From Terriglobia bacterium (GTDB lineage Bacteria > Acidobacteriota > Terriglobia > UBA7540), in NCBI GenBank assembly GCA_030049455.1, contig JASIKV010000159.1:1-31309 (forward strand): a stretch of DNA of 31,309 bases, read 5' to 3'. Numbering within the stretch: position 1 is the stretch's first letter; the number at the start of each line of letters is the position of its first letter. The position numbers were made by a program, and so were the translations under genes. Of the stretch, positions 1-7,953 are shown piece by piece. The notes under the pieces are model-generated. The model was not told where the DNA came from and did no database searches. It saw only the letters and a program-made list of their open reading frames with translations.

Positions 1-245
1 TTGCTCGTGGTGGTTCGGCTGGAAGTGCCATCGTTTTCAAAAGCGGCCTTGGTAATGAGACTCTCCACTACGAAGGCTTCTTTCGAGTAGTCGGAAGCGG
101 GTTGGGCGGCGGGAGCGGAAGGAGTCTGCCCGCGTGCCATTACCGCGTACAGAATGAGAAGCGGAAAGGTCGCCACAGAGAGGATCGTTTCTCTCAAAAA
201 GCGCGAAGCTAATCGATTCTTAACCGGGGCCGATCGATCAATCAT
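1..245 (-). CDS. N-terminal part of a secreted protein, probably DUF3857/transglutaminase-like; runs off the window edge
   Basis: Not in the ORF track because it has no stop in the window. Manual translation from ATG 245: MIDRSAPVKNRLASRFLRETILSVATFPLLILYAVMARGQTPSAPAAQPASDYSKEAFVVESLITKAAFENDGTSSRTTTS. It has a signal-peptide-like hydrophobic stretch, and DYSxEAFVVE..FENDGT resembles, from memory, the start of acidobacterial DUF3857 proteins. Confidence 0.5.
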   Translation of the reverse strand, partial: MIDRSAPVKNRLASRFLRETILSVATFPLLILYAVMARGQTPSAPAAQPASDYSKEAFVVESLITKAAFENDGTSSRTTTS

Positions 246-269
246 CACAGCACCGCCCGAACTGATCAC

Positions 270-1025
270 TCAATCCATCAGCATTCCCCCGTTCACTTCG
301 ACGGTTTCGCCCAGAATGTAGCGCGCAGCGGGGGAAACTAAGAACAAAATCACATCGGCGATTTCTTCGGACGTTCCGGCGCGGCCCAGGGGAATGTTGG
401 CCACGAATTTCGCCATCAATTCCGGCGGGCTGTAGCGCTCATGATAAGGCGTGGCGATTACTCCCGGCGCGATGCCGTTCACGCGGATTCCGTGCGGCGC
501 CAGTTCCTTCGCAATGCCCTTAGTGTAGGTCAGCAATCCGCCTTTGGCCGCTGCATAAGCCGCCGCGCCCAGACCTCCGCCATTGCGCCCGGCGATGGAT
601 GTAACGTTCACGATGTATCCGCTCTTGCGGTCGGCCATTTCCTGCCACACGGCTTGTGTGCAGAGGAAAACGCTCTTCAGGTTCAGGTCCATCAGTTGGT
701 CCCAGTATTCCTCCGTCATGTCCTTGAGCGTGCGGCGCGCGACCAGGTCCCCGGCGTTGTTGATCAAAATGTCGATTTTCCCCCAAGCTTTGCGCACAGC
801 CTCCACCAACGATTTCACCTCCGCGCTGCGCGTCACGTCGGCGCGAACGGCAATAGCATTGCCACCGGCTTTTTTTATGGCGTCCACCGCTTCCTCAGCG
901 CCCTTCTGGTTCTTCAAGTAGTTCACCGCAACCTTCGCCCCCTCACGCGCGAAGAGTTCCGCCGTTGCCCGGCCGATCCCGCTCGATGCCCCGGTTATCA
1001 ATGCCACTTGTCCCTTGAGTATCAT
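270..1025 (-). CDS. SDR family NAD(P)-dependent oxidoreductase (FabG-like)
   Basis: TGASSGIG Rossmann motif, NNAG, catalytic YAAAK (YxxxK), VNGIAPG, GETVEVNGG; 251 aa. Confidence 0.95.
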   Translation of the reverse strand: MILKGQVALITGASSGIGRATAELFAREGAKVAVNYLKNQKGAEEAVDAIKKAGGNAIAVRADVTRSAEVKSLVEAVRKAWGKIDILINNAGDLVARRTLKDMTEEYWDQLMDLNLKSVFLCTQAVWQEMADRKSGYIVNVTSIAGRNGGGLGAAAYAAAKGGLLTYTKGIAKELAPHGIRVNGIAPGVIATPYHERYSPPELMAKFVANIPLGRAGTSEEIADVILFLVSPAARYILGETVEVNGGMLMD

Positions 1026-1319
1026 TCCAGCCTCCGGCTTGATATATCCCGCGAATTCACAGGCAGCATCCTAACCCATCCGGAATATCGAGCCAACAAA
1101 AGAAGTCGTCTGGGCTAAGTCGGAACGATTCCATTCTTCCACTCACGTTCCACTTTGGAATCTCATCATTAATCGTTTCCAATTCGAATCTTACCGCCAC
1201 TCCCTCCCCGATGAGCATGCCCGCCCAAGCTGAATAGAAAGCTCCGTATCCGCAGGAAAATAAACCTTTTCCCTTCGATGTGGCTTCCTTAAATCTTTTT
1301 CGTCGATTCCCTCACCTTG

Positions 1320-1335
1320 TGGACAGCGACTTGCT
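1320..1335 (+). promoter_or_regulatory. Candidate sigma54 (-24/-12) promoter for the flagellar operon
   Basis: TGGACAGCGACTTGCT has exact GG-N10-GC spacing and TTGCT at -12; the -24 box deviates from TGGCAC. It lies 35 nt upstream of the fliL ATG, with RBS GAGAGG between. Confidence 0.5.
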
Positions 1336-1369
1336 TCATGCGGACTTGCCCAATTGAGAGGTCAATCGT

Positions 1370-1828
1370 ATGCGACGCAAACAGGGCGGAGAGTTGTCTG
1401 CGCGAAGTCTATTGTCGCTCGCCGGGCTTGTGGCGGTCACGGCAGCGGTCCAACTTGCATGCAACAAGGGGCAGAGCGCGGAAGCCGCCAGCAAGGATTC
1501 GAAGCTCCCAAAAATCACCAGCGTCATGCACCTGGAACCCTTTGTGGTGAACCTGGCGGACCAGGAGGATAACCGCTTCCTGCGAATCGGCCTTGACCTG
1601 GGACTTGAAAACGCTCCGGCCAAGGACGGCAAAAGCGAAGGCGCGGTGCCGACGGCGCGCATCCGCGACTGCATTCTGGGCGTGCTTTCCACCTGGCACT
1701 CCGACGCACTGCTGGCTCCGGAAGGCAAAGACAAATTGAAAGAGGAGCTTGTGAAAGCGCTTCAGGCGCGTGTACCGGAACTTTCAATTCGTGAAGTTTA
1801 TTTCACCGACTTTCTCGTGCAGCGATGA
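1370..1828 (+). CDS. fliL: Flagellar basal body-associated protein FliL
   Basis: N-terminal hydrophobic anchor, LEPFVVNLAD, IRDCIL, EGKDKLKEEL and C-terminal IREVYFTDFLVQ typical of FliL; first gene of the fli cluster. Confidence 0.92.
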   Translation: MRRKQGGELSARSLLSLAGLVAVTAAVQLACNKGQSAEAASKDSKLPKITSVMHLEPFVVNLADQEDNRFLRIGLDLGLENAPAKDGKSEGAVPTARIRDCILGVLSTWHSDALLAPEGKDKLKEELVKALQARVPELSIREVYFTDFLVQR

Positions 1829-1831
1829 CGT

Positions 1832-2110
1832 ATGGGAAGTGAGCCCCAACCGCGCGTGGCGGAATCTGCAGTGGCGTTCCGGGAAATCTGGCCCGAAGCG
1901 ATGGAGCTGCCTTGCCGCCTGAACGTTTCATTAGAAGTGCCTCATTTCACCATTCGCGATCTGCTTTTGCTGCAGGTCAATTCGCTCGTGGATACGCGCC
2001 GGCCGGAAGGCGCGCACGTTCCGGTGAAGGTGAATGGCGTCATGGTGGGGTGGGCGGAATTCGATGTGCTCGAAGGCCGTTTGGCGGTGCGGTTGACCGA
2101 AATGGTTTGA
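1832..2110 (+). CDS. Stand-alone FliN/FliM C-terminal (SpoA) domain protein
   Basis: 92 aa; TIRDLLLLQVNSLV, VPVKVNGVMVGWAEFDVLEGRLAVRLTE match the SpoA fold pattern; lies between fliL and fliO. Confidence 0.82.
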   Translation: MGSEPQPRVAESAVAFREIWPEAMELPCRLNVSLEVPHFTIRDLLLLQVNSLVDTRRPEGAHVPVKVNGVMVGWAEFDVLEGRLAVRLTEMV

Positions 2111-2189
2111 CACAAGCGAAGTGCCACGCAGCCTCCGTTTCGGGGCCGCCTTCCGCAGCAGCCCAATCATGATAAAGGACTCAGGGATT

Positions 2190-2489
2190 ATGCAAGCCAA
2201 CTCGTCAAGCCCCGCTCAATCGTTGCCGCAGGCGCATTGGGCTGCCGCGCTGAAAACCACCTGGCAATGGCTGCGGGGCGCGGTCGTTCGCCGGCGCGTC
2301 CGGCGACTGCGCATCAGCGAAACGCTGTCGCTCGGCGAGCGGCGCTTCCTGGCGATCATTGAATTCGACGGGCAGGAATTTCTCCTGGCAGGGTGCGGAA
2401 GTTCTCTCGAACTCTTGGCGCGGCTGGAAGGCGGGAAAATCATTGAACCTGTGCGCCATCGGGAAGGCTCTCTCATCGCCGGGCGTTGA
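2190..2489 (+). CDS. fliO: Flagellar biogenesis protein FliO
   Basis: LRISETLSLGERRFLAIIEFDGQEFLLAG is the FliO core pattern; directly upstream of fliP. Start uncertain (ATG 2169 or 2190). Confidence 0.82.
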   Translation: MQANSSSPAQSLPQAHWAAALKTTWQWLRGAVVRRRVRRLRISETLSLGERRFLAIIEFDGQEFLLAGCGSSLELLARLEGGKIIEPVRHREGSLIAGR

Positions 2490-3259
2490 TTTTTTTTATG
2501 AAGCAAAAGAGGCTGCAACAGCGGGTAAAACTTGGGGCGATCGGCATCGCCGGCATGGCAATTCCGCGCGTATTGTGTGCGGCGCCGCAGGCTGGAGTAA
2601 ACGGACTGGCGATACCCGGGCTCACCGGCAGCGGGTCATCGATTCCCGTCGACATCATCGTCCTGCTCACCCTTCTGACCCTGTTGCCCGCGATATTGCT
2701 GGCCATGACGCCGTTTGTGCGGCTGCTGGTGGTGTTCCACTTTCTGCGCCAGGCGCTGGGAACGCAATCCACGCCCACCAACCAGACGCTTATCGGTCTG
2801 GCGCTCTTTTTGACCTACTTCATCATGCAGCCGCTGGGCATGGAGGTCTACCGCACTGCGATCGTGCCGCTCGAAAGCCACCAAATTTCAGCTACAGAAG
2901 CCATCGGCCGCGGTTCCGAGCCGCTGCGCCACTTCATGCTGCGTTATACGCGGCAAAAGGATCTTTCCCTCTTCGTGGAATTGGCCAAGGAGCCGCGCCC
3001 GCGCCGGCCTGACGACCTTTCGATGCGTGTCGTTATTCCGGCCTACGTGCTCTCTGAGCTGAAGGCAGGGTTCCAAATCGGAACGATCCTTTTTTTTCCG
3101 TTTCTGGTCATTGATCTGGTCGTGGCGTCGGTCACCACCTCGGTGGGAATGATGCAACTTCCGCCCGTTGTGATCTCAACGCCGCTCAAGATTCTGCTCT
3201 TCGTCATGGTCGATGGTTGGAATCTCGTCGTTGGGTCTTTGATGAAAAGTTTCTATTGA
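2486..3259 (+). CDS. fliP: Flagellar export apparatus protein FliP
   Basis: MTPFVRLLVVFHFLRQALGTQSTPTNQ, PAYVLSELKAGFQIG, GMMQLPPVVISTPLKILLFVMVDGW. Start is TTG 2486 (overlapping the fliO stop) or ATG 2498. Confidence 0.97.
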   Translation: MIFFMKQKRLQQRVKLGAIGIAGMAIPRVLCAAPQAGVNGLAIPGLTGSGSSIPVDIIVLLTLLTLLPAILLAMTPFVRLLVVFHFLRQALGTQSTPTNQTLIGLALFLTYFIMQPLGMEVYRTAIVPLESHQISATEAIGRGSEPLRHFMLRYTRQKDLSLFVELAKEPRPRRPDDLSMRVVIPAYVLSELKAGFQIGTILFFPFLVIDLVVASVTTSVGMMQLPPVVISTPLKILLFVMVDGWNLVVGSLMKSFY

Positions 3260-3288
3260 AGCTGGAGACAGGAGTCCGAGCCCGACAA

Positions 3289-3558
3289 ATGACAACCGAA
3301 GTCATCATCCACCTGGCTCGCGAAACGATGCTCACGGCGCTGCTTCTGGCGGCGCCCATTCTGATTGTGGCCACGGTGGTAAGCCTTTTCATCAGCATCG
3401 CGCAGGTGATGACCTCAATTCAGGAGCATACGGTGGCCACGGTTCCGCGCATTGCGGTGATGGCCATCAGCATTTTGTTGCTGCTGCCCTGGATGATGCG
3501 CAAGTTGATGGACTTCACGATTCAGCTTTTTGCGGATTTTCACCGCTGCCTCGGTTAA
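3289..3558 (+). CDS. fliQ: Flagellar export apparatus protein FliQ
   Basis: 89 aa from ATG 3289; SIAQVMTSIQEHTVATVPRI corresponds to the FliQ Q-x-x-T-Q-I-Q-E-x-T-L pattern; between fliP and fliR. Confidence 0.93.
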   Translation: MTTEVIIHLARETMLTALLLAAPILIVATVVSLFISIAQVMTSIQEHTVATVPRIAVMAISILLLLPWMMRKLMDFTIQLFADFHRCLG

Positions 3559-3579
3559 GAGGGTGCGGAAAAACTTAGG

Positions 3580-3668
3580 GTAGGCAAAGGAGCGGCGACC
3601 CCTCCCAGGCGGGATCGCGATGACTCAGACCCTACAAGGCAGGAATGGCGGGGTAAACCCGCCGCTAC
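3580..3668. repeat. REP-like palindromic element(s), GTAG type, between fliQ and fliR
   Basis: Minus strand 3647-3668 reads GTAGC-GGCGGG-TTTAC-CCCGCC (tag plus hairpin). A second, degenerate unit ends in CTAC at 3632-3635. Confidence 0.6.
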
Positions 3669-3706
3669 GATTCTTTCACAGCCGGTTAGGGCGAGCGGGG
3701 TGACGG

Positions 3707-4474
3707 GTGGGTGCGGGGCTGGAGGCGGTCATCGGCCGCGTTTTGATGGTGGGCGCGCGAATCAGCGCCTTGATGGTGTTTGCGCCCTTCTTCGGGAGCG
3801 CCAGCATTTCGCCCCGCATCAAGGCGGGCTTCACGGTGATTCTTACCGCGCTGCTTTACCCGGTGGTCTCGCCGGAATTGCCGCGCATCGCGGGTGCAAG
3901 CGCCTGGCAAATGGTGGGTGGCGAGTTTCTGGTCGGCATGGTCATGGGAATCGCGCTGCAATTTGTGTTTGAAGGCGTCGAGCTGGCGGGGCAAATCGCC
4001 GGTTTCCAGGTGGGGCATTCACTCGCCAACCTGATCAATCCACTTTCCGACGTCGATACGCCGCTGCTGGCCAATTACTACCAGATGATCGCGCTGCTGA
4101 TATTTCTGCGATTGGATGTGGACCATTGGCTGCTGCGCGGTCTGGCTCGCAGTTTTGAATATTGTCCGCCCGGGTCAGTCACGGCGACTCCCAAGATGGC
4201 CGAACTCGTGGCGCGCGCGGCGGGCGGCATGCTGGTGATGGGAGTACAAATCGCCCTGCCCACGCTGCTCGTCACCATGCTCATCGATCTCGCGCTGGGC
4301 CTGGTGGGACGCGCATCGCCGCAGCTTCCCGTGATGCTGGTGGGAATCTCCGTCAAAACCGTCGTGGCCTTCGCGGTGATTATGGGCACGCTGCGGTTCT
4401 GGCCGGGGTTGATTGAAAAATATTTCGGGCAGGCGCTGGGCACGACAGAGCGGTTGTTGAGGCTGGCGAGATAG
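3707..4474 (+). CDS. fliR: Flagellar export apparatus protein FliR
   Basis: RISALMVFAPFFG, ELAGQIAGFQVG, GLVGRASPQLPVMLVG; multiple TM segments; GTG start just after an in-frame TGA. Confidence 0.95.
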   Translation: MGAGLEAVIGRVLMVGARISALMVFAPFFGSASISPRIKAGFTVILTALLYPVVSPELPRIAGASAWQMVGGEFLVGMVMGIALQFVFEGVELAGQIAGFQVGHSLANLINPLSDVDTPLLANYYQMIALLIFLRLDVDHWLLRGLARSFEYCPPGSVTATPKMAELVARAAGGMLVMGVQIALPTLLVTMLIDLALGLVGRASPQLPVMLVGISVKTVVAFAVIMGTLRFWPGLIEKYFGQALGTTERLLRLAR

Positions 4475-4477
4475 AAA

Positions 4478-4566
4478 AGTCGTCAGTCATCAGTTCTCAG
4501 GTCTCAGTAAGACCCGGCCTCGATTGGGACCCAAGAACTGACGGCTGAAAACTGATGACTGAGAAC
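4478..4566. repeat. Inverted pair of 7-nt tandem arrays (TCAGnnn units)
   Basis: Left arm AGTCGTC AGTCATC AGTTCTC AGGTCTC AGT (4478-4508). Right arm GAACTGA CGGCTGA AAACTGA TGACTGA GAAC (4535-4566), the reverse complement of the same period-7 pattern. Confidence 0.75.
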
Positions 4567-4571
4567 CTCCT

Positions 4572-5648
4572 ATGGCCGATGAGAGTCGCACCGAACAAGC
4601 AACGCCACGGCGGCGGCAGCGGGCGCGCCGCGAGGGCGATGTTCCGCGCAGCCGCGAGTTCCCCGCTGCGCTCACTTTAATGGCCGTCGTGATGTTTCTC
4701 TGGTGGCAGCCGCAGAACTGGAAGGACGCGTGGCGAGGCCTGCTCGAACAATCGTTGCTTTACGGGACGCACGGCGACATGGGGGCGGGCGCTCCGATGC
4801 TCAACGCGGTGGCGTGGAAAGTCTGCGCCTGGGCCGGCCCCACGCTGGCGCTCGCCTGGCTTGTGGCGCTGGCGGGCAGCTTCGCGCTGGGAGGAGTTGT
4901 GGTGGCGCCCGCGGCGCTTGCGCCCAAGCCGCAGCGGCTGAATCCGGCCAACAACCTTCAGCGATTGTTTTCCCTCGGCGGTATGCAGGGACTTTTGAAG
5001 TCGCTGATCCCTTCGGCGTGCGTTCTCTACCTGGTGGCGGCCATCGTCGCGCGCGATTGGGGCGAGTTGATGCAAATCAGCACCATGGGCGCGCGTCCGT
5101 CGCTTGCCTGGATGCTTTCCCACATTTTCGAAATTTCCTGGAAAGGCAGCCTGGTGTTCGCACTGTGGTCGGGGTTTGACGTGCTGATCTCGCGCATGAA
5201 TTACGAGCGCCAGATCCGCATGACGCGGCAGGAAGTGCGCGATGACGTGAAGGAGACGGAAGGCCACCCGCAAGTGCGTGGACGCATCCGGCGGCTTCAG
5301 CGTGAAATGCGCCGCCGCCGAATGCTTCGCGATGTGGCGCGCGCCACTGTGGTGATCACCAACCCCAATGAGTTTGCCGTGGCGCTGGAATACAAGCCGG
5401 AAACCATGGCGGCGCCGGTGGTGGTGGCCAAGGGTCGGAACTTTCTCGCCCAGCGCATCAAGCGCGAAGCTCGCTGGCACGGCATTCCGGTGGTGGAGAA
5501 TCCCCCGCTTGCGCAGGCGCTGTATCGAGCCACGGAAATCGGGCAAGCCATTCCGGCAAAGTTGTATACGGCGGTCGCGGAAATCCTGGCGTTCATTTTC
5601 CGCACGCAGAGGATGGCGGCGAGCGTTAGCCGCGCGGGGGCGAGGTGA
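4572..5648 (+). CDS. flhB: Flagellar export apparatus protein FlhB
   Basis: N-terminal RTEQATPRR, RLNPANNLQRLFS, MTRQEVRDDVKETEGHPQVRGRIR, VVVAKG, VENPPLAQALY. The autocleavage site reads NPNE instead of NPTH. Confidence 0.97.
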   Translation: MADESRTEQATPRRRQRARREGDVPRSREFPAALTLMAVVMFLWWQPQNWKDAWRGLLEQSLLYGTHGDMGAGAPMLNAVAWKVCAWAGPTLALAWLVALAGSFALGGVVVAPAALAPKPQRLNPANNLQRLFSLGGMQGLLKSLIPSACVLYLVAAIVARDWGELMQISTMGARPSLAWMLSHIFEISWKGSLVFALWSGFDVLISRMNYERQIRMTRQEVRDDVKETEGHPQVRGRIRRLQREMRRRRMLRDVARATVVITNPNEFAVALEYKPETMAAPVVVAKGRNFLAQRIKREARWHGIPVVENPPLAQALYRATEIGQAIPAKLYTAVAEILAFIFRTQRMAASVSRAGAR

Positions 5649-5669
5649 GGTCACGGTAACTCGCAAAAC

Positions 5670-5719
5670 GTAGCGCGGGCAGGATGCCCACTCCACGGCA
5701 GGCGAGGCGCGCGTGCCAC
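5670..5719. repeat. Degenerate REP-like doublet between flhB and flhA
   Basis: GTAGCGCGGGCAGGATGCCC at the left end (GGGCA/TGCCC stem) and GGCGAGGCGCGCGTGCCAC at the right end (inverted GTGG tag). Confidence 0.5.
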
Positions 5720-5735
5720 GTAAACAATTAAAACA

Positions 5736-7826
5736 ATGAAATCCGCGCCAACCACAAAACCCGCTCCCCCTCCCGCTGCGGCCGCAAAAGGCGGCTACGT
5801 TGACTGGGCCATTCCGCTCGCAGCCGTGGCACTTGTGTTTGTGATGCTGGTCCCGCTGCCGCCCTTTCTTCTCGACCTGCTGCTCTCCACCAGCCTGACC
5901 GCCTCCGTGCTGGTGTTGTTGGTGGCGATGTACATCACTCGGCCCGTGCAATTCTCGGTTTTCCCTTCCCTGCTGCTCATGCTCACGCTGTTCCGGCTGT
6001 CGCTCGGTCTTGCCAGCAGCCGGCGGATTCTCCTGCACGGCAATGAAGGTCCCGCGGCGGCAGGGCACGTGATCGGCGCCTTCGGGCAGTTCGTGGTAGG
6101 CGGAAACTACATCGTCGGCTTTGTGCTTTTCGTGGCTTTGATCGCCATTCAGTACCTGGTGATCAACCACGGCGCGGTGCGCATCGCGGAAGTCACAGCG
6201 CGATTCACTCTCGACGCCATGCCCGGAAAACAGATGGCCATTGACGCCGACCTGGGCGCCGGACTGATTGACGAAGCGCAGGCGCGCGCCCGGCGCGAAC
6301 TGGTGAGCCGCGAGGCGGAATTTTACGGCGCCATGGACGGCGCGGCGCGTTTCAGCCAGCGCGACGCGCTCGCCACCGTGCTCATCACCGCCATCAACAT
6401 CATCGCAGGATTCTTGATCGGCGTTTTCTACCATGGTGTGCAGCTTAGCGAAGCTCTGCGCACTTACACGATTCTTACCGTGGGCGACGGATTGGTCACC
6501 ATGATTCCCTCGCTGCTCGTCTCCGTTGCAGGCGCGATGGTGGCGACGCGCGCATCCTCCGAATCGAGTTTAGGCGCCGACCTGACGCGCCAACTGCTGC
6601 CCCGCAGCCATCCGCTGTGGATCGTTGCCGGCGTAATGGGAACGCTCGGCCTGATTCCCGGCCTGCCTAAAATCCCCTTCTTCCTGATGGCGGCGTTGCT
6701 CGCCTATCTGGCGCGGCGCGCTCAAAATGCCGCGACCGCCAAAACGGCGGGCGCGGTCACACCCGCCGCTGCAACACCGGAAAAAGCTCAGGAGCAGCTT
6801 GAAACTCTGCTGCGCCTCGATGATTTGAGCCTGGAAGTCGGTTACGGCCTCGTACCCATCGTTGACCAAGCGCAGGGTGGCCAGTTGCTCGCGCGCATTC
6901 GAGCCCTGCGCCGTCATCTCGCCCTGCAGTTGGGCTTCATCATTCCACCCGTTCACATTACGGACAACGTGCAGCTTAATCCCCGCGAGTACATCATCCG
7001 CCTGCGCGGCGTGGAAATCGCGCGCTGGGAAATGGTGCAAGAAAACCTGCTGGCCATCAGCTCAGAGGCGGTCGCGCAGCCGCTGGAAGGCCGCGAGACA
7101 CGCGAGCCGGCGTTCAATGTGGCCGCCAAGTGGATCTTGCCGAACCTGCGCGACAAGGCGTTGGCATCCGGATACGCGGTGGTGGATCAGACCTCAGTTC
7201 TAGCCACGCATCTGGCGGAACTTATCAAGCAGCACGCGCACGAATTGCTGAACCGGCAGGAGTGCAAGCGCCTGCTGGACGCTCTGGCGGAATCGCAACC
7301 CAAACTGGTTGAGGAGCTTGTCCCCAAGCTGCTCAGCCTGGGCGAAATTCAGAAAGTTCTTCAGCAATTGCTGCGCGAGCAGGTTTCGATTCGCGATCTC
7401 GTGACAATTCTCGAAACCCTGCTGGACACGGCGGCAACCAACAAGAATCCCGTTCTGCTGGTCGAGGCGGCGCGCCAGGCGATGAGCCGCGCCCTTGTAC
7501 AGCCCCTGCTGGGGGATGATGGCAAGCTGACCGTCATTCAACTCGACAGCGCGGTGGAAGAGCAGCTCGCGCAGGTGCTGGACCCGCAAACACCCTCGCG
7601 CCCCACGACTGCCTTGCAGCCCTCGGTGATTCGCAAAGTTGTGGATGGAATGAAGCGCCTGCTGGGCGAACCCATGTCCGTCCCCTCGCCCATCGTCCTG
7701 TGCAGCAGCCCCACGCGCTTTCACTTGCGGCGGTTGATGGAACCGTTTCTGCCGCGCGTGGTGGTGTTGTCGCCGGCGGAAATTCCCGCCGCAGTGTCGA
7801 TTCAGTCTCTGGGGGTGGTGCAATGA
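5736..7826 (+). CDS. flhA: Flagellar export apparatus protein FlhA
   Basis: 696 aa; FSVFPSLLL, RIAEVTARFTLDAMPGKQMAIDADL, FYGAMDGAARF, LTVGDGLV, EQVSIRDLVTILE. Confidence 0.98.
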   Translation: MKSAPTTKPAPPPAAAAKGGYVDWAIPLAAVALVFVMLVPLPPFLLDLLLSTSLTASVLVLLVAMYITRPVQFSVFPSLLLMLTLFRLSLGLASSRRILLHGNEGPAAAGHVIGAFGQFVVGGNYIVGFVLFVALIAIQYLVINHGAVRIAEVTARFTLDAMPGKQMAIDADLGAGLIDEAQARARRELVSREAEFYGAMDGAARFSQRDALATVLITAINIIAGFLIGVFYHGVQLSEALRTYTILTVGDGLVTMIPSLLVSVAGAMVATRASSESSLGADLTRQLLPRSHPLWIVAGVMGTLGLIPGLPKIPFFLMAALLAYLARRAQNAATAKTAGAVTPAAATPEKAQEQLETLLRLDDLSLEVGYGLVPIVDQAQGGQLLARIRALRRHLALQLGFIIPPVHITDNVQLNPREYIIRLRGVEIARWEMVQENLLAISSEAVAQPLEGRETREPAFNVAAKWILPNLRDKALASGYAVVDQTSVLATHLAELIKQHAHELLNRQECKRLLDALAESQPKLVEELVPKLLSLGEIQKVLQQLLREQVSIRDLVTILETLLDTAATNKNPVLLVEAARQAMSRALVQPLLGDDGKLTVIQLDSAVEEQLAQVLDPQTPSRPTTALQPSVIRKVVDGMKRLLGEPMSVPSPIVLCSSPTRFHLRRLMEPFLPRVVVLSPAEIPAAVSIQSLGVVQ

Positions 7827-7836
7827 CCGGAGAGCT

Positions 7837-7928
7837 TTGTAGCGCCGGTGTCTCCACCTGCGACGGCTCCGCAGCCGGGGACAGCCGCCTACGCCGCCGT
7901 TCCGCAGCTAAGGACAGCCGCGCTACAA
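7837..7928. repeat. REP-like element with terminal inverted repeats and an internal tandem duplication
   Basis: TTGTAGCGC (7837-7845) and GCGCTACAA (7920-7928) are inverted. The unit TCCGCAGC-nnn-GGACAGCCGC(G)CTAC occurs twice with about 33-nt period. GGACAGCCGCGCTACAA is identical to the right end of the element at 26811-26919. Confidence 0.8.
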
Positions 7929-7953
7929 CTGACGAAAGGACAAAGGTGAGCCC

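Noticed and set aside
1261-1308. Sigma28 promoter (TAAA...CGAT) upstream of fliL
   Set aside because: TAAA-to-CGAT spacing is 10-11 nt, versus about 17 nt in the TAAA-N15-GCCGAT consensus.
2490-3097. Two T8 tracts at and within fliP (2490-2497, 3090-3097) as phase-variation sites, by analogy with Helicobacter fliP
   Set aside because: The frame is intact, the internal tract encodes Leu-Phe-Phe, and an equal T8 occurs in Phe codons of the sulfatase gene (12410-12417). Read-level length variation would be needed to support it.
3575-3670. Possible c-di-GMP-I riboswitch (GGCAAA) before fliR
   Set aside because: No GNRA-capped P2 or second GCAAA/receptor helix is visible; the hairpins are better explained as REP units.
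4677-6434. 585-aa minus-strand ORF (also 7534-8517 minus and 14417-15910 plus)
   Set aside because: They lie antisense to flhB/flhA, flhA/fliA and the M13 peptidase, show no recognisable motifs, and long shadow ORFs are expected opposite GC-rich genes.
7837-7928. Mini CRISPR array (repeated GGACAGCCGC unit)
   Set aside because: Only two degenerate copies with about 33-nt period, no unique spacers of regular length, and no cas genes.
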